64,000 nucleotides of DNA, taken from the NCBI GenBank assembly GCA_036401015.1, contig DASWWD010000003.1:37912-101911 (forward strand), written 5' to 3'. Below the pieces are notes generated by a model that did no database searches, was not told the origin of the DNA, and was given only the letters and a program-made list of their open reading frames with translations. A program made the position numbers and the translations under genes. Below, one piece after another: positions 54,568-64,000 of the stretch; position 1 is the stretch's first letter, and every line of letters begins with the position of its first letter. Source of the stretch: Lacunisphaera sp. (lineage in GTDB: Bacteria > Verrucomicrobiota > Verrucomicrobiia > Opitutales > Opitutaceae).

Positions 54568-55296
54568 TTACAGCAGCTGCTGCAGCGCCGCCCGGCCCGC
54601 CTTGCTGGCCACGAGATAGACGTGCGTCTCGTCCGCCCAGGACGCGACACTAACACCTTCCTTGTCCAGGAAAACCGGGACCGAAGCCAGCGCCGGGAAA
54701 TCCGCACGGCGGCCGATGTAGGCGTGAAACCAGACCCCGCCGCGGTTGAAGCACACCTCCAGCACCTCCCGGCCCTCGTAGGTGACCGTGCGGCAGCCGT
54801 CCTTGCGCAGGGCGGTAAAACTGATCGGCAGTCCGCGGCTGAGCCGGTTGGCCGGGTCGCCGAGCATGGCCTGCAGCGAACCCGTGCCATGGCCGCCATG
54901 GTTCTTATCCGCCACCGCATCCCGCAGCACGAAATCGGCAAGGGCCGTGCCAGCCGCCGCCTGCTTGGGCCAGAGAGCGAACATCGTGGCGAAAATGACG
55001 GCGACACTGGCCGCCGCCGCCAACCAGACCGGTGCACGCCACCAAGCAGTCTGCGTCTGGACGGGCGCCGTCACCCGTCCGCCGGCGAGGATGGCCTCGC
55101 GCAGGCCGGCGGGGGCCGGCACGGCATCGAGCTTCGCGCTGACCGCGGCGTCAAAGGCCTGCTGGCGGGCGAACCACTCACGCAGCGCCGGGTCGCGCTG
55201 AACCTGCTCCAACGCGGCACGAAAGGCCGCATCGCCGGCATCCGCGCCGTTTGGCCGGTAGCCTTGCAGGATGAATTTTGCCTCTTCGTTGTTCAT
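54568..55296 (-). CDS. Membrane-anchored anti-sigma factor (DUF3379-like)
   Basis: Coupled to ECF sigma; single TM VWLAAAASVAVIFATMFALW. Confidence 0.8.
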   Translation of the reverse strand: MNNEEAKFILQGYRPNGADAGDAAFRAALEQVQRDPALREWFARQQAFDAAVSAKLDAVPAPAGLREAILAGGRVTAPVQTQTAWWRAPVWLAAAASVAVIFATMFALWPKQAAAGTALADFVLRDAVADKNHGGHGTGSLQAMLGDPANRLSRGLPISFTALRKDGCRTVTYEGREVLEVCFNRGGVWFHAYIGRRADFPALASVPVFLDKEGVSVASWADETHVYLVASKAGRAALQQLL

Positions 55297-55844
55297 GAAA
55301 GTTTCCTCGCGGACGGGTGGTTGAAGGCCACGACCTTGCTGCGTCCCGCGGATTCCTTGCGGGCCAGGGCCGCGCGCAGCTGCGCCTTCCCGCGCGACAG
55401 ACGGGACATCACGGTGCCGATCGGCACCTCGAGCATCTCGGCGATCTCCTTGTAGGAGAAATCCTGCATATAAAACAGCGTCAGCGGCGCGCGGTAGGTC
55501 TCGTCCACTTCCTGCAACGCCTCGACCACCAGGCCCGCGTCCATGCCGGTCACGACGTCCACCTCGGGTGCCGGCGGATCGGCCTCGACCGGCCCCAGGT
55601 CCTCGAGGGCCGTGACGCGCTCGGCCCGGCGGCGGCCACGGAGAAACTCGCGATAGAGCGTGGTAAAGAGCCAGGACTTGGCCTTGCCGGCCTCGCGCAG
55701 CGCGTGCCCCTGCTTGGCCCAGATGAAGAAGGTCTGCTGCGTGAGATCACCCGCGTCCGACGAGTTTCTCGTCAGGCTGAGGGCGAAGCGGAAGAGCGGC
55801 GTGTAATGCGCGTCCACCAGCTGGTTGAATAGCTCACCGGGCAT
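55293..55844 (-). CDS. ECF RNA polymerase sigma factor
   Basis: DLTQQTF, SWLFT, SYKEIAEML.VPIGTVMSRLSRGK. Confidence 0.95.
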   Translation of the reverse strand: MPGELFNQLVDAHYTPLFRFALSLTRNSSDAGDLTQQTFFIWAKQGHALREAGKAKSWLFTTLYREFLRGRRRAERVTALEDLGPVEADPPAPEVDVVTGMDAGLVVEALQEVDETYRAPLTLFYMQDFSYKEIAEMLEVPIGTVMSRLSRGKAQLRAALARKESAGRSKVVAFNHPSARKLS

Positions 55845-55850
55845 GCGGGG

Positions 55851-55880
55851 ATAAGAGTCGGCCGGCCCGGGGCTTATTCC
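55851..55880 (-). promoter_or_regulatory. Putative autoregulatory ECF promoter
   Basis: Minus strand GGAATAA-N16-CTCTTAT ending 6 nt before the sigma ATG. Confidence 0.5.
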
Positions 55881-55910
55881 AAGAAAAAGAGCCCGGCCCC
55901 GGTAGGCGAA

Positions 55911-56687
55911 TCACTTCTCCGGCACCCACTTGGGCCGCCGTTTCTCGCGGAAGGCGGCAATCCCCTCCTGGATCTCGGCCGACTGCCGGGTCTCCAGGTG
56001 CGTGCCCATCGCCCGGTCGAGGTCCGCCGCCAGCGGGGCAGGCCAGAGTTGGGCGAGCAGCTGCTTGGTGCGCGCCACGGCCTCGGGACCGCCCTGCAGC
56101 ACCTCGGCGGCGGTGTGCAGCGCCGTGGGCATGAGCTGGTCCGCCGCCAGGGCCTCGTTGACCAGGCCGATCACCTCCGCATGACGGCCGGAAAACAGCT
56201 CGCCGGTCAGCAAAATCCGGCGGGCGTCGCGCTCGCGCAGCTGCCGGCGCAAAAAGGTCATCACGAGCGCGGCCACCAACCCGCGCCGCGTCTCCGGATA
56301 ACCGATCTGGGCCGACTCCTCGACAAAGGCGAAATCACAAGCCGACATCAGCCCCGCCCCGCCCGCGATGGCGGCGCCGCGCACAACCGCGATGGTCACC
56401 AGGCGGCTCTCGCTCAGCCGGCGCAATGCCTGCGCGATCAACTCCGCCGACTGGTGCGCCCGGGCGGGATCCGCCGCCTCGGCCAGGTCGAGGCCGGCAC
56501 AAAACACCGGGCCGGCGCCAGTCAGGATCAGCACGCGCTGCGCGGGGTCGTTTTCCACGGCGACCAGCGCGGCCAGCAGCGCCTGCACCAGCTCCACCGA
56601 AAGCGCGTTGCGCTTCTCGGCGCGGTTGAGGGTGAGCTGCGTGATGCCGGGGCCGGCACTTTCGGAAAGCACGAGGGAGGCGGCCAT
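55911..56687 (-). CDS. Enoyl-CoA hydratase/isomerase (methylglutaconyl-CoA hydratase-like)
   Basis: LNRAEKRNAL, FCAGLDL, AIAGGAGL, GYPE. Confidence 0.9.
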   Translation of the reverse strand: MAASLVLSESAGPGITQLTLNRAEKRNALSVELVQALLAALVAVENDPAQRVLILTGAGPVFCAGLDLAEAADPARAHQSAELIAQALRRLSESRLVTIAVVRGAAIAGGAGLMSACDFAFVEESAQIGYPETRRGLVAALVMTFLRRQLRERDARRILLTGELFSGRHAEVIGLVNEALAADQLMPTALHTAAEVLQGGPEAVARTKQLLAQLWPAPLAADLDRAMGTHLETRQSAEIQEGIAAFREKRRPKWVPEK

Positions 56688-56691
56688 GGGG

Positions 56692-57027
56692 TCAGTCGGT
56701 TGAATGGGAATGTTCCGGCAGCAGGTCCAGGGGCATGGCCAGCAGGGCCTGCCCGAGCGTCTTGCCCTGGGCGTCGATGCGCAACGAGCAACTGCCGCCG
56801 CCGGCGAGCACGCCGGGCAGCACGAAGTTCAAGGCCTCAAGGTTGGGCACATCGTAACGAACGACCGGGCCGGGGCCGAGCGGCTTGAACCAGGCCTCCA
56901 CCTGCGCCGCGGTCAGGTGCTCGCGCAACCAGGCATAATCCGCCGGCGTGCGGCCAAAGACCGCGATGTTGGCCGAGGAGCCCTTGTCGCCGCTCCGGGC
57001 GTAGGCGATGCTGCGCAGCGTCTTCAT
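56692..57027 (-). CDS. AtuA-related small ferredoxin-fold protein
   Basis: AYARSGDKG, VVRYDVPNL.ALNFV, LRIDAQGKT. Confidence 0.85.
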   Translation of the reverse strand: MKTLRSIAYARSGDKGSSANIAVFGRTPADYAWLREHLTAAQVEAWFKPLGPGPVVRYDVPNLEALNFVLPGVLAGGGSCSLRIDAQGKTLGQALLAMPLDLLPEHSHSTD

Positions 57028-58379
57028 AACATTTGCCAGACCGGCTTGACCGCGGAGCGCGGGATCAGGCACGGCCAGTAACCGAACACCGGCATCACCT
57101 TGGGGCGGCCGGAGGCGTAGCCGGTGACCCCCTGCGGTCCGCAGGTGACCAGCGGGGCGATCTCGCGGGTGAAGCGCTTGACCGGCTCCGCCGTGTCAGC
57201 CGCCACGCTGACGCGCAGCACGGTTTCGATCAGGTCGTTTTCGGGAACGCGCCGGATGATCCCGCCAACACTCGCTCCCGTGCCGAGGCATTCGACCAGG
57301 GTTTCACGATAGACACAGCCGGCTTCCCGCAGCCGGCGCAGCACGCCCTCGCCTGCCCGCCGGGCCTTGGTGACGGCTTGCTCGCCGAAAATCGTGAGCA
57401 TGCCGTGGGCCTTGTAACCGTGGCGGTAGGTCGCGCTGACCTTGTAGGTGTCCGGCGGCGGCCGGCCGGTGGCGCCGGCAATGCGCACGCGATCCGGCCC
57501 GTCTTGTTCGACGCGCAGGGTCAGGAACGAGACGGTCACGTCCGGGGAAAGATAGTTGCCCGGATCGCCGATCTCATAGAGCAGCTGCTCCTTGACGGTC
57601 TGGACCGTCACCGCGCCGCCCGTGCCCGCCGGTTTGGTCAACACGCAGGTGCCGTCGCCGGAAATCTCGGCCACGGGGAAGCCGATGTCGTGGGAACCGG
57701 GCAACTCCAGCCAGTCGGTGGAAAAGCCGCCGCAAGCCTGGGCGCCACACTCCAGCAGATGACCGGCCACGGTGGCGCCGGCGAGGCGATCATGATCGGC
57801 CGCCGTCCAGGCGAAATGCGCGCAGCACGGACCGACCGTCAGCGACGGATCAGCCACGCGGCCGGTGATGACGATATGGGCACCGGCCTGCAGCGCGGCG
57901 GCGATGCCCTCGGCCCCGAGGTAGGCATTGGCCGTGACGAGACGGCCCGCGACCGTCGCCACGTCCGCACCCGTCTCCAGATTTTTAAAATCCGGGCCGC
58001 CGGCCTGCACGCGGGCAAGCACGTCGTCACCCGCCACCACCGCCACCTTGAGCCGGGTGAGCCCGGCCCTGGCCAGTTCGGCGCACACCGCGGCGCCGCA
58101 GGCGTGCGGGTCAAGGCCGCCGGCATTGGTCACGATTTTTGTGCGGCCGCCGTCCTGCCAGAATTTCACGAGCGACTGGACGACCTCGACAAAGTCGCGC
58201 GCATAGCTGGCGGCGGGATCCTTGGCCCGGGTGATCGCCATGATGGAAAGCGAAACCTCCGCGAGGTAATCGAGCGTCAGATAATCCAGGTCCGGCTGCC
58301 GCGCCACCAGGCGCGCCGCGGCGTCGGGCTGATCACCCCAGAAACCCGATGCATTCGCGATCTTCAGCGGCCGGCTCAT
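57024..58379 (-). CDS. Acyclic terpene utilisation AtuA-family protein
   Basis: IANASGFWGD, DYLTLDYLAE, NAYLG, VITGRVAD, AGHLLECG. Confidence 0.9.
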   Translation of the reverse strand: MSRPLKIANASGFWGDQPDAAARLVARQPDLDYLTLDYLAEVSLSIMAITRAKDPAASYARDFVEVVQSLVKFWQDGGRTKIVTNAGGLDPHACGAAVCAELARAGLTRLKVAVVAGDDVLARVQAGGPDFKNLETGADVATVAGRLVTANAYLGAEGIAAALQAGAHIVITGRVADPSLTVGPCCAHFAWTAADHDRLAGATVAGHLLECGAQACGGFSTDWLELPGSHDIGFPVAEISGDGTCVLTKPAGTGGAVTVQTVKEQLLYEIGDPGNYLSPDVTVSFLTLRVEQDGPDRVRIAGATGRPPPDTYKVSATYRHGYKAHGMLTIFGEQAVTKARRAGEGVLRRLREAGCVYRETLVECLGTGASVGGIIRRVPENDLIETVLRVSVAADTAEPVKRFTREIAPLVTCGPQGVTGYASGRPKVMPVFGYWPCLIPRSAVKPVWQML

Positions 58380-58382
58380 GGC

Positions 58383-59978
58383 TCAGACCTGGATCACACC
58401 GGTATGGAACGACGCCTTGGCGGACGGACGGGTGGCCAGGGCGAAGGCCCGCAGCAGCGTGGCGCGTGTTTCGTGGGGCTGGATGACGGCATCAACCCAG
58501 CCGCGGGCCGCGGCATAGCGGATGTCGGCCTGTTCGACGTAATTCTCCTTCACCTGCTGGCGCAGGCGGTCGAGTTCCTCCTTGGGCCGGTCCTTGGCCG
58601 CCCGGGCGAGGATGTTGTAGACCACGTCGCTCGCCTGCGCCGCGCCCATCACGGCATACCGGGCATTCGGCCAGGCGAGGATGAAACGCGGGTCAAAGGC
58701 CTTGCCGCACATCGCATAGTTGCCGGCGCCATAAGAGCCGCCGGTGATGACGGTGATCTTGGGCACCGTCGAGTTGCTGAGTGCGTTGACCATCTTGGCG
58801 CCGGAACGGATGATGCCGCTCTGCTCGGCGTCCTTGCCGACCATGAAACCGGAGACGTCCTGCAGGAACAGCAGCGGCAGGCGCGTCTGATTGCAGTCCA
58901 TGATGAAGCGCGCGGCCTTGTCGGCGGAGTCGGCGTAGATGACGCCCGGCATCTGCAGGCCCGTCGCCTTCGACTGCACGCGCATGCGCTGGTTGGCCAC
59001 GATGCCGACGGGGCGGCCGCCCAGCCGGGCGAAGGTGGTGACGAGCGACTTGCCGTAGTCGGCCTTGTATTCGTCGAGCGAACCCGCGTCGACGAGGCAA
59101 CGCAGCAGGTCGCGCACGTCGTATTCCCGGCGGCCGTCGAGCGAGACGATATCGAGGATCTTGGTCGCGGAAAACTCGGGCTCGATCGCCGGCGGCAGCG
59201 CGACCGGCGCCTCCGCCGGCAGCAAGCCGACCAGGCTGCGCAGGCGCTTCAGGCAGGCCTCGTCGTTCTTTTCCTTGAAGTCGACCGTGCCGGAAAGCTC
59301 GGCGTGCATGGCCGCACCGCCCAGCGTCTCCTGGTCGGTCTCCTGGCCGATGGCCGCCTTCACCAACTGGGGCCCGGCGAGGTAGAGGCCGCTGCCCTCG
59401 GTCATGAGGATCTTGTCGCACAGCACCGGCAGGTAGGCGCCGCCGGCGACGCAGTTGCCCATGATGGCGGCGTATTGCGGGACGCCGGCCGCGGAGAGCA
59501 CGGCGTTGTTGCGGAAGATCCGGCCGAAATCGTCCTCGTCGGGGAAGATCTCGTCCTGCATGGGCAGGAACACGCCGGCCGAGTCCACGAGATAGACGAG
59601 CGGCAGGTTGCACTCGAAGGCGATGCGCTGTGCGCGCAGCACCTTCTTGCACGTCATCGGGACGAAGGCGCCCGCCTTCACGGTGGCGTCGTTCGCGACG
59701 ATCATGCACGGATGGCCACCGATGTCGGCGATGCCGGTCACCACGCCGGCGCCGGGAAAAGTGCCCCAGTCCTGATACATGCCGTGGGCGGCCCAGAGCC
59801 CGAGCTCGAGAAAGGCCGCGCCCTGGTCATCCGCCAACGCCGCGATCCGCTCGCGCACGAAGAGGCGGCCGAGTTTGTGCTGGCGGGCCTGGCCGTCCGC
59901 TCCGCCGCCTTCGCGGAGCCCGGCCTCCTGCCGGGCAAATTCGTGATAATAATCGAGCAGGGTTTTCGGGGAAGACAC
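58383..59978 (-). CDS. Acyl-CoA carboxylase carboxyltransferase (beta) subunit (MccB-like)
   Basis: GKL.VRERI, VANDATVKAG, LVDSAGVFLP.QDEIFPD, GNCVAGGAY, GGSYGAGNYAMCG; GTG start inferred. Confidence 0.9.
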   Translation of the reverse strand: MSSPKTLLDYYHEFARQEAGLREGGGADGQARQHKLGRLFVRERIAALADDQGAAFLELGLWAAHGMYQDWGTFPGAGVVTGIADIGGHPCMIVANDATVKAGAFVPMTCKKVLRAQRIAFECNLPLVYLVDSAGVFLPMQDEIFPDEDDFGRIFRNNAVLSAAGVPQYAAIMGNCVAGGAYLPVLCDKILMTEGSGLYLAGPQLVKAAIGQETDQETLGGAAMHAELSGTVDFKEKNDEACLKRLRSLVGLLPAEAPVALPPAIEPEFSATKILDIVSLDGRREYDVRDLLRCLVDAGSLDEYKADYGKSLVTTFARLGGRPVGIVANQRMRVQSKATGLQMPGVIYADSADKAARFIMDCNQTRLPLLFLQDVSGFMVGKDAEQSGIIRSGAKMVNALSNSTVPKITVITGGSYGAGNYAMCGKAFDPRFILAWPNARYAVMGAAQASDVVYNILARAAKDRPKEELDRLRQQVKENYVEQADIRYAAARGWVDAVIQPHETRATLLRAFALATRPSAKASFHTGVIQV

Positions 59979-60177
59979 GGGGCGCGAGGGGTTAACTTTC
60001 CGCGCGACACTCTCACCACAAATCGCACGCCGGGCAAACTGCAATCCGGCCGCCGGGGCTACGCCATAAGGATGATTATGGGTTTCCGGGGTTGGGAAAC
60101 CTAGGCGCTCGGGCGGGAAAAGAGTATGTTCCGGAAAAACCCCGCCGCGCATTTCCGCCGGCCCGATCCCCCTCCCC

Positions 60178-61365
60178 ATGAGTTCCGATGCCTTCACCGC
60201 GCCCTGGCGCGAGCAGTTGTCCGCGACCGAGATCGCCTTCCTCCAGAAGGTCGCGCATTTCGCCAAGACCGAAATCGCCCCGCACGCCGCCGCGTGGGAA
60301 AACGCGGAGGAGCTGCCGCGCGCCGCCTTCATGAAGGCCGGGAAGCTCGGCCTGCTGGGCATCACCGCCCCGCGCGCGCTCGGCGGCCAGGGCCTCGGCT
60401 ACGCGGCCTACGCGCTCGCGATCCGCGAACTCGCCAAATACCAGGCGGCCTTCGCCATCGACCTCGCCGCGCACAACGCCCTCGGCTCCGGCCATCTCCT
60501 CGCCGCCGGCAGCCCCGCGCAGCACCAGCGCGTCCTGACCAAGCTGCTCAAGGGCACCTGGCTGGCCGCGTGGGCGCTCACCGAACCCGAGGCCGGCAGC
60601 GACAGCGGCGGCGTGCTGACCACGGCCACCGAGGTCAAGCCCGGCAAGTGGGTCCTCAACGGCTTCAAGCGCTACATCACGCTCGGGCGCACCGCGGATG
60701 TCATCATTGTCATGGCCGTCACGGGCAAAACCCCCGAGGGCCGCAAGGAGATCAGCGCCTTTCTCGTGAACCGTTCCGAGATCATCCCGGTGCGCAAGGT
60801 GCCGACCTGCGGGCTCCGCGCCAGCGACACCGCCGAGTTCAAGCTGGTGGACGCCAAGGCCGAGCTGATCGGCCAGCGCGGCACCGGCCAGGTCACCGCC
60901 CTCGCCTGCCTCGACAAAGGCCGCATCGGCGTCGCCGCCGTCTCACTGGGCCTCGCCCGGGCCGCGCTCGACGCCGCGCTGCACCACGCCGTCAACCGCC
61001 GCCAGTTCGGCAAGCGCCTCGCCGATTTCCAGGCGTTGCAGTTCATGCTCGCCGACTGCGAGGTGGAGCTGCGCGCCGCCGAGGCCCTCGTGCTGCAGGC
61101 CACCGCCCTCGCCTCCCGCGGCGAGCGCCACACCATCGAGTCCTCCGTCGCCAAGCTTTATGCCTCCGAGGCCGCCTCGCGCATCTGCAACCGCGCCCTG
61201 CAAATCCACGGCGGCTACGGCTACACCCGCGATATTCCCATCGAGCGTTACTGGCGTGACGCCCGCCTGAGCGAGATCGGCGAAGGCTCTTCCGAGGTGC
61301 AGCGCATCGTCATCAGCCGGACCCTTTTGAAGAACCAGGAAGCGGCGCTGGCTGGCATTCGCTGA
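60178..61365 (+). CDS. Acyl-CoA dehydrogenase
   Basis: ALTEPEAGSD, WVLNGFKRYIT, RRQFGK, IHGGYGY, ERYWRDAR, IGEGSSEVQR. Confidence 0.93.
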   Translation: MSSDAFTAPWREQLSATEIAFLQKVAHFAKTEIAPHAAAWENAEELPRAAFMKAGKLGLLGITAPRALGGQGLGYAAYALAIRELAKYQAAFAIDLAAHNALGSGHLLAAGSPAQHQRVLTKLLKGTWLAAWALTEPEAGSDSGGVLTTATEVKPGKWVLNGFKRYITLGRTADVIIVMAVTGKTPEGRKEISAFLVNRSEIIPVRKVPTCGLRASDTAEFKLVDAKAELIGQRGTGQVTALACLDKGRIGVAAVSLGLARAALDAALHHAVNRRQFGKRLADFQALQFMLADCEVELRAAEALVLQATALASRGERHTIESSVAKLYASEAASRICNRALQIHGGYGYTRDIPIERYWRDARLSEIGEGSSEVQRIVISRTLLKNQEAALAGIR

Positions 61366-61374
61366 GCCAAACAA

Positions 61375-61405
61375 AAACCGCTGATGCTTTGAGCATCAGC
61401 GGTTT
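61375..61405. terminator. Terminator hairpin between the ACAD gene and the tRNA
   Basis: AAACCGCTGATGC-TTTGA-GCATCAGCGGTTT. Confidence 0.8.
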
Positions 61406-61409
61406 AAAG

Positions 61410-61485
<76 letters not shown>

Positions 61486-61528
61486 ATTACCGAAAGGGGC
61501 CGAGTTAAAAGGGCGCCGAAAGAGCGCG

Positions 61529-62062
61529 TCAACGGGGAATTTGCACTTTCGGCGGCGGCACCGGTGTGAGGTTTCCCCGCCACAATTCCCGGTAGATCGC
61601 GCTGGGGGGCGGATCGAGGCGGTCCACGTCGAAATCCCGCGCTTCCACGGCATCCATCCCGTAGTGAAACGCCGCCAGCAGCAGCGGATAGGAGAATTTC
61701 TGCTTCTGGTGCAGGTAACTCCGGCACCAGGCGAGATAATCCACGCCGGCCGCCAGATTCCGCCGCCAGGACCAGACATTGGGTTCGTAAGGATCACGGC
61801 TCACGACGCGCCAGGCGCCGGGCTTGAGCTGCAGCAGTCCCCGCGCCTCGCCGTTGCGCGCACGGGGATCAAAATTCGATTCCGCAGTGACCAGCGCGTA
61901 GATGAACGCCGGATCCATGCGATAGCGTTCCGCCAGCGGCTGGATGGCCACCCACACGGTCTCGCGGGTCGCGGGGTCCGGCGCGGCGGCCTCCCGGCGA
62001 CCGCAGCCGGTGGCCAGCAAAAGGCACAGGGCGGAAACAGGAAAACAGCCGAAGCGTGTCAT
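61529..62062 (-). CDS. SLT-domain lytic transglycosylase lipoprotein
   Basis: Lipobox LLLATGC; ALVTAESNFDP, ARGLLQL, AAFHYG. Confidence 0.85.
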   Translation of the reverse strand: MTRFGCFPVSALCLLLATGCGRREAAAPDPATRETVWVAIQPLAERYRMDPAFIYALVTAESNFDPRARNGEARGLLQLKPGAWRVVSRDPYEPNVWSWRRNLAAGVDYLAWCRSYLHQKQKFSYPLLLAAFHYGMDAVEARDFDVDRLDPPPSAIYRELWRGNLTPVPPPKVQIPR

Positions 62063-62118
62063 TCTGAGCGCAGCGAAGAATGACAAAGCGGGAAGCGGCA
62101 CGATGGGCCGTCTGCGGT

Positions 62119-63369
62119 TCAGTGCCGGCGGAAGACGAGCGCGGCGTTGTGGCCGCCGAAGCCGAGGTTGTCGGTCAGCACGGTGTCGATCTTCGCCTCG
62201 CGCTTGACGTTCGGCGTGTAGTCGAGGTCGCAGTCCGGGTCCGGGGTCTCGTAATTGATGGTCGGGGGCACGATGCCGGTCTCGATGGCCTTGACGCTGA
62301 TGACCGCCTCGATGCTGCCGGCGGCACCGAGCAGGTGGCCGGTCATCGACTTGGTGGAGCTGATGTTCACCTTGCGGGCGTGGTCGCCGAAGATCTTCTT
62401 GATGGCGAGCGTCTCAAACTTGTCGTTGTAGGGCGTCGAGGTGCCGTGCGCGTTGATGTAGTCGACCTGGTGCGGCTCGACGTTGGCGTCGCGCATGGCC
62501 TTGATCATGGACTGCGCCAGGCCCTTGCCCTCCGGATCGGGCGAGGTGATGTGGTAGGCGTCGCAGGTGGCGGCATAACCGGCCAGTTCGCAATAGATGT
62601 GGGCTCCGCGGGCCAGGGCATGCTCGAGGCTCTCGATCACGAGGATAGCCCCGCCCTCGCCCATGATGAAGCCGTCGCGGTTCAGGTCGAAGGGGCGGCT
62701 GGCCTTCGCGGGATTCTCGTTGTTCGTGCTCATCGCCTTCATCGAGCAGAAACCGGCGTAGGCCAGCGGCGTGATGGCGGCCTCGGCGCCGCCGCAGACC
62801 ATGACGTCAGCCTCACCGCGACGGATCATGCGAAGCGACTCGCCGATGGCGTGGGTGGCGGTCGAGCAGGCGCTGACAACGCCGAAGTTCGGCCCGCGCG
62901 CCCCGAGTTCGATGGCCACGAGACCGCCGCACATGTTGCTGATGAGGGCGGGAATCATGAAGGGCGACACCTTGCGAGGGCCGCGCTCCAGGAGCACCTT
63001 GTGCTGGTTCTCGATGGTCCACATGCCGCCGATACCGGAGCCGATGATGACGCCCACGCGGTCGGCATCCTCCTTGGTCATGTCGAGCTTGGCGTCCGCG
63101 ATGGCCTGCTTGGCCGCGCAGAAACCGAAATGCGTGTAGCGGTCGTTGCGGCGGACCTCCTTGGGGTCCATGTGCTGCGCCGGATCCCAGCCCCGCACCT
63201 CGGCGCCGATCTGGCAGCTGTAGTCCTTGGCGTCAAAGAGCGTCACCTTGTCGATGCCGCACTTGCCGGCCACGATGGCGGCCCAGAAATCGTTCACGTT
63301 GTGTCCCAGCGAGGCGACCACGCCCATGCCGGTGACGACGACGCGTTTTTGTGAGGGAGGATTTTCCAT
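62119..63369 (-). CDS. fabF: Beta-ketoacyl-ACP synthase II
   Basis: RVVVTGMG, VSACST, YINAHGTST, GHLLGAAG, NLGFGGHNA. Confidence 0.96.
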   Translation of the reverse strand: MENPPSQKRVVVTGMGVVASLGHNVNDFWAAIVAGKCGIDKVTLFDAKDYSCQIGAEVRGWDPAQHMDPKEVRRNDRYTHFGFCAAKQAIADAKLDMTKEDADRVGVIIGSGIGGMWTIENQHKVLLERGPRKVSPFMIPALISNMCGGLVAIELGARGPNFGVVSACSTATHAIGESLRMIRRGEADVMVCGGAEAAITPLAYAGFCSMKAMSTNNENPAKASRPFDLNRDGFIMGEGGAILVIESLEHALARGAHIYCELAGYAATCDAYHITSPDPEGKGLAQSMIKAMRDANVEPHQVDYINAHGTSTPYNDKFETLAIKKIFGDHARKVNISSTKSMTGHLLGAAGSIEAVISVKAIETGIVPPTINYETPDPDCDLDYTPNVKREAKIDTVLTDNLGFGGHNAALVFRRH

Positions 63370-63459
63370 CGGTATAGTCGTGGGTGGAAATGAAAAAAGC
63401 GCCCTACCAGACCAGCGCCAGGGCCAGACGGTAGAACGCTTCGGTCAAATGGCCAAAAT

Positions 63460-63723
63460 TTATTTCTTACCGGCCTTGTTTTGGATGTAGGCGGTTACAT
63501 CACCGACCGTCTGGAGCTTCTCGGCGTCGGACTCGGGGATCTCTCCCTTGATCTCATCCTTGAACTCTTCCTCGAAAGCCATGATCAACTCGACGGTATC
63601 GAGTGAGTCGGCGCCAAGGTCGTCGAGGAATGACGCCTGCGGAGTGATTTGCTCCTCGTTAACATTCAGTTGGTTAACGATGATTTCTTTGACGCGCTGG
63701 TCGATGGTTTTCTGGTCAGCCAT
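63460..63723 (-). CDS. acpP: Acyl carrier protein
   Basis: [12 protein letters not shown] phosphopantetheine motif. Confidence 0.96.
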   Translation of the reverse strand: MADQKTIDQRVKEIIVNQLNVNEEQITPQASFLDDLGADSLDTVELIMAFEEEFKDEIKGEIPESDAEKLQTVGDVTAYIQNKAGKK

Positions 63724-63761
63724 GAGATTGGAAAGTGGGTCTAAAACGTTGGTGAAAGAGG

Positions 63762-64000
63762 TCACATGACCATGCCGCCGTCAACGGTAAAAACTTGCCC
63801 GGTGATGTAACCCGCTTCCTCAGAACAGAGAAACGCAGTCATGTGGGCGATATCCGCCGCCTCGCCGAGGCGTTTGAGCGGGATAACGGAGGTGATCTTT
63901 TCCGCGGCCTCGGCCGGGAGCGCGGCGGTCATGTCGGTCTTGATGAAGCCCGGGGCGACGGCGTTCGAGGTCACGCCGCGCGCGGCGAATTCCTTGGCGA
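63762..64000 (-). CDS. fabG: 3-oxoacyl-ACP reductase, 3' part only
   Basis: [25 protein letters not shown] ... [13 protein letters not shown]; upstream of acpP-fabF. Confidence 0.93.
   Translation of the reverse strand, partial: AKEFAARGVTSNAVAPGFIKTDMTAALPAEAAEKITSVIPLKRLGEAADIAHMTAFLCSEEAGYITGQVFTVDGGMVM

Overview
High-GC bacterial chromosome segment, inferred (not confirmed) to be Verrucomicrobiota/Opitutaceae from the acpP sequence and gene content. Four blocks. (1) 1-3.3 kb: partial vWA/Ig-like surface protein, YciI, rhomboid and a broken GNAT gene. (2) 3.3-8.1 kb: a visibly lower-GC island. It has two divergent, translationally coupled operons: a sigma-like factor, a small soluble protein and an IrrE/ImmA Zn-metalloprotease on the minus strand; a ubiquitin-like protein, an E2-E1 fusion, DUF6527, a GNAT and a hidden 55-aa Cys/His mini-ORF on the plus strand. 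This is the best candidate for a poorly described system. (3) 8.2-39.5 kb: mqo plus a large rhamnose/rhamnogalacturonan locus (rhaA, rhaB, aldolase-SDR fusion, DeoR with a palindromic operator, GH29 x2, GH28, PL26-like, GH105, GH43-like, PL11, esterase, oxidoreductase, rhaM, ABC transporter). Many intergenic spacers up to ~32 kb carry 7-nt or 8-nt periodic palindromes, and several appear to be translated inside genes. (4) 39.5-64 kb: housekeeping genes (peptidases, TonB receptor, ferredoxin, prc, prmC, prfA, GH63, ECF sigma/anti-sigma, Atu-like acyl-CoA cluster, tRNA-Phe, fabF, acpP, partial fabG). Family calls are from motif recognition by eye; no database searches were run.
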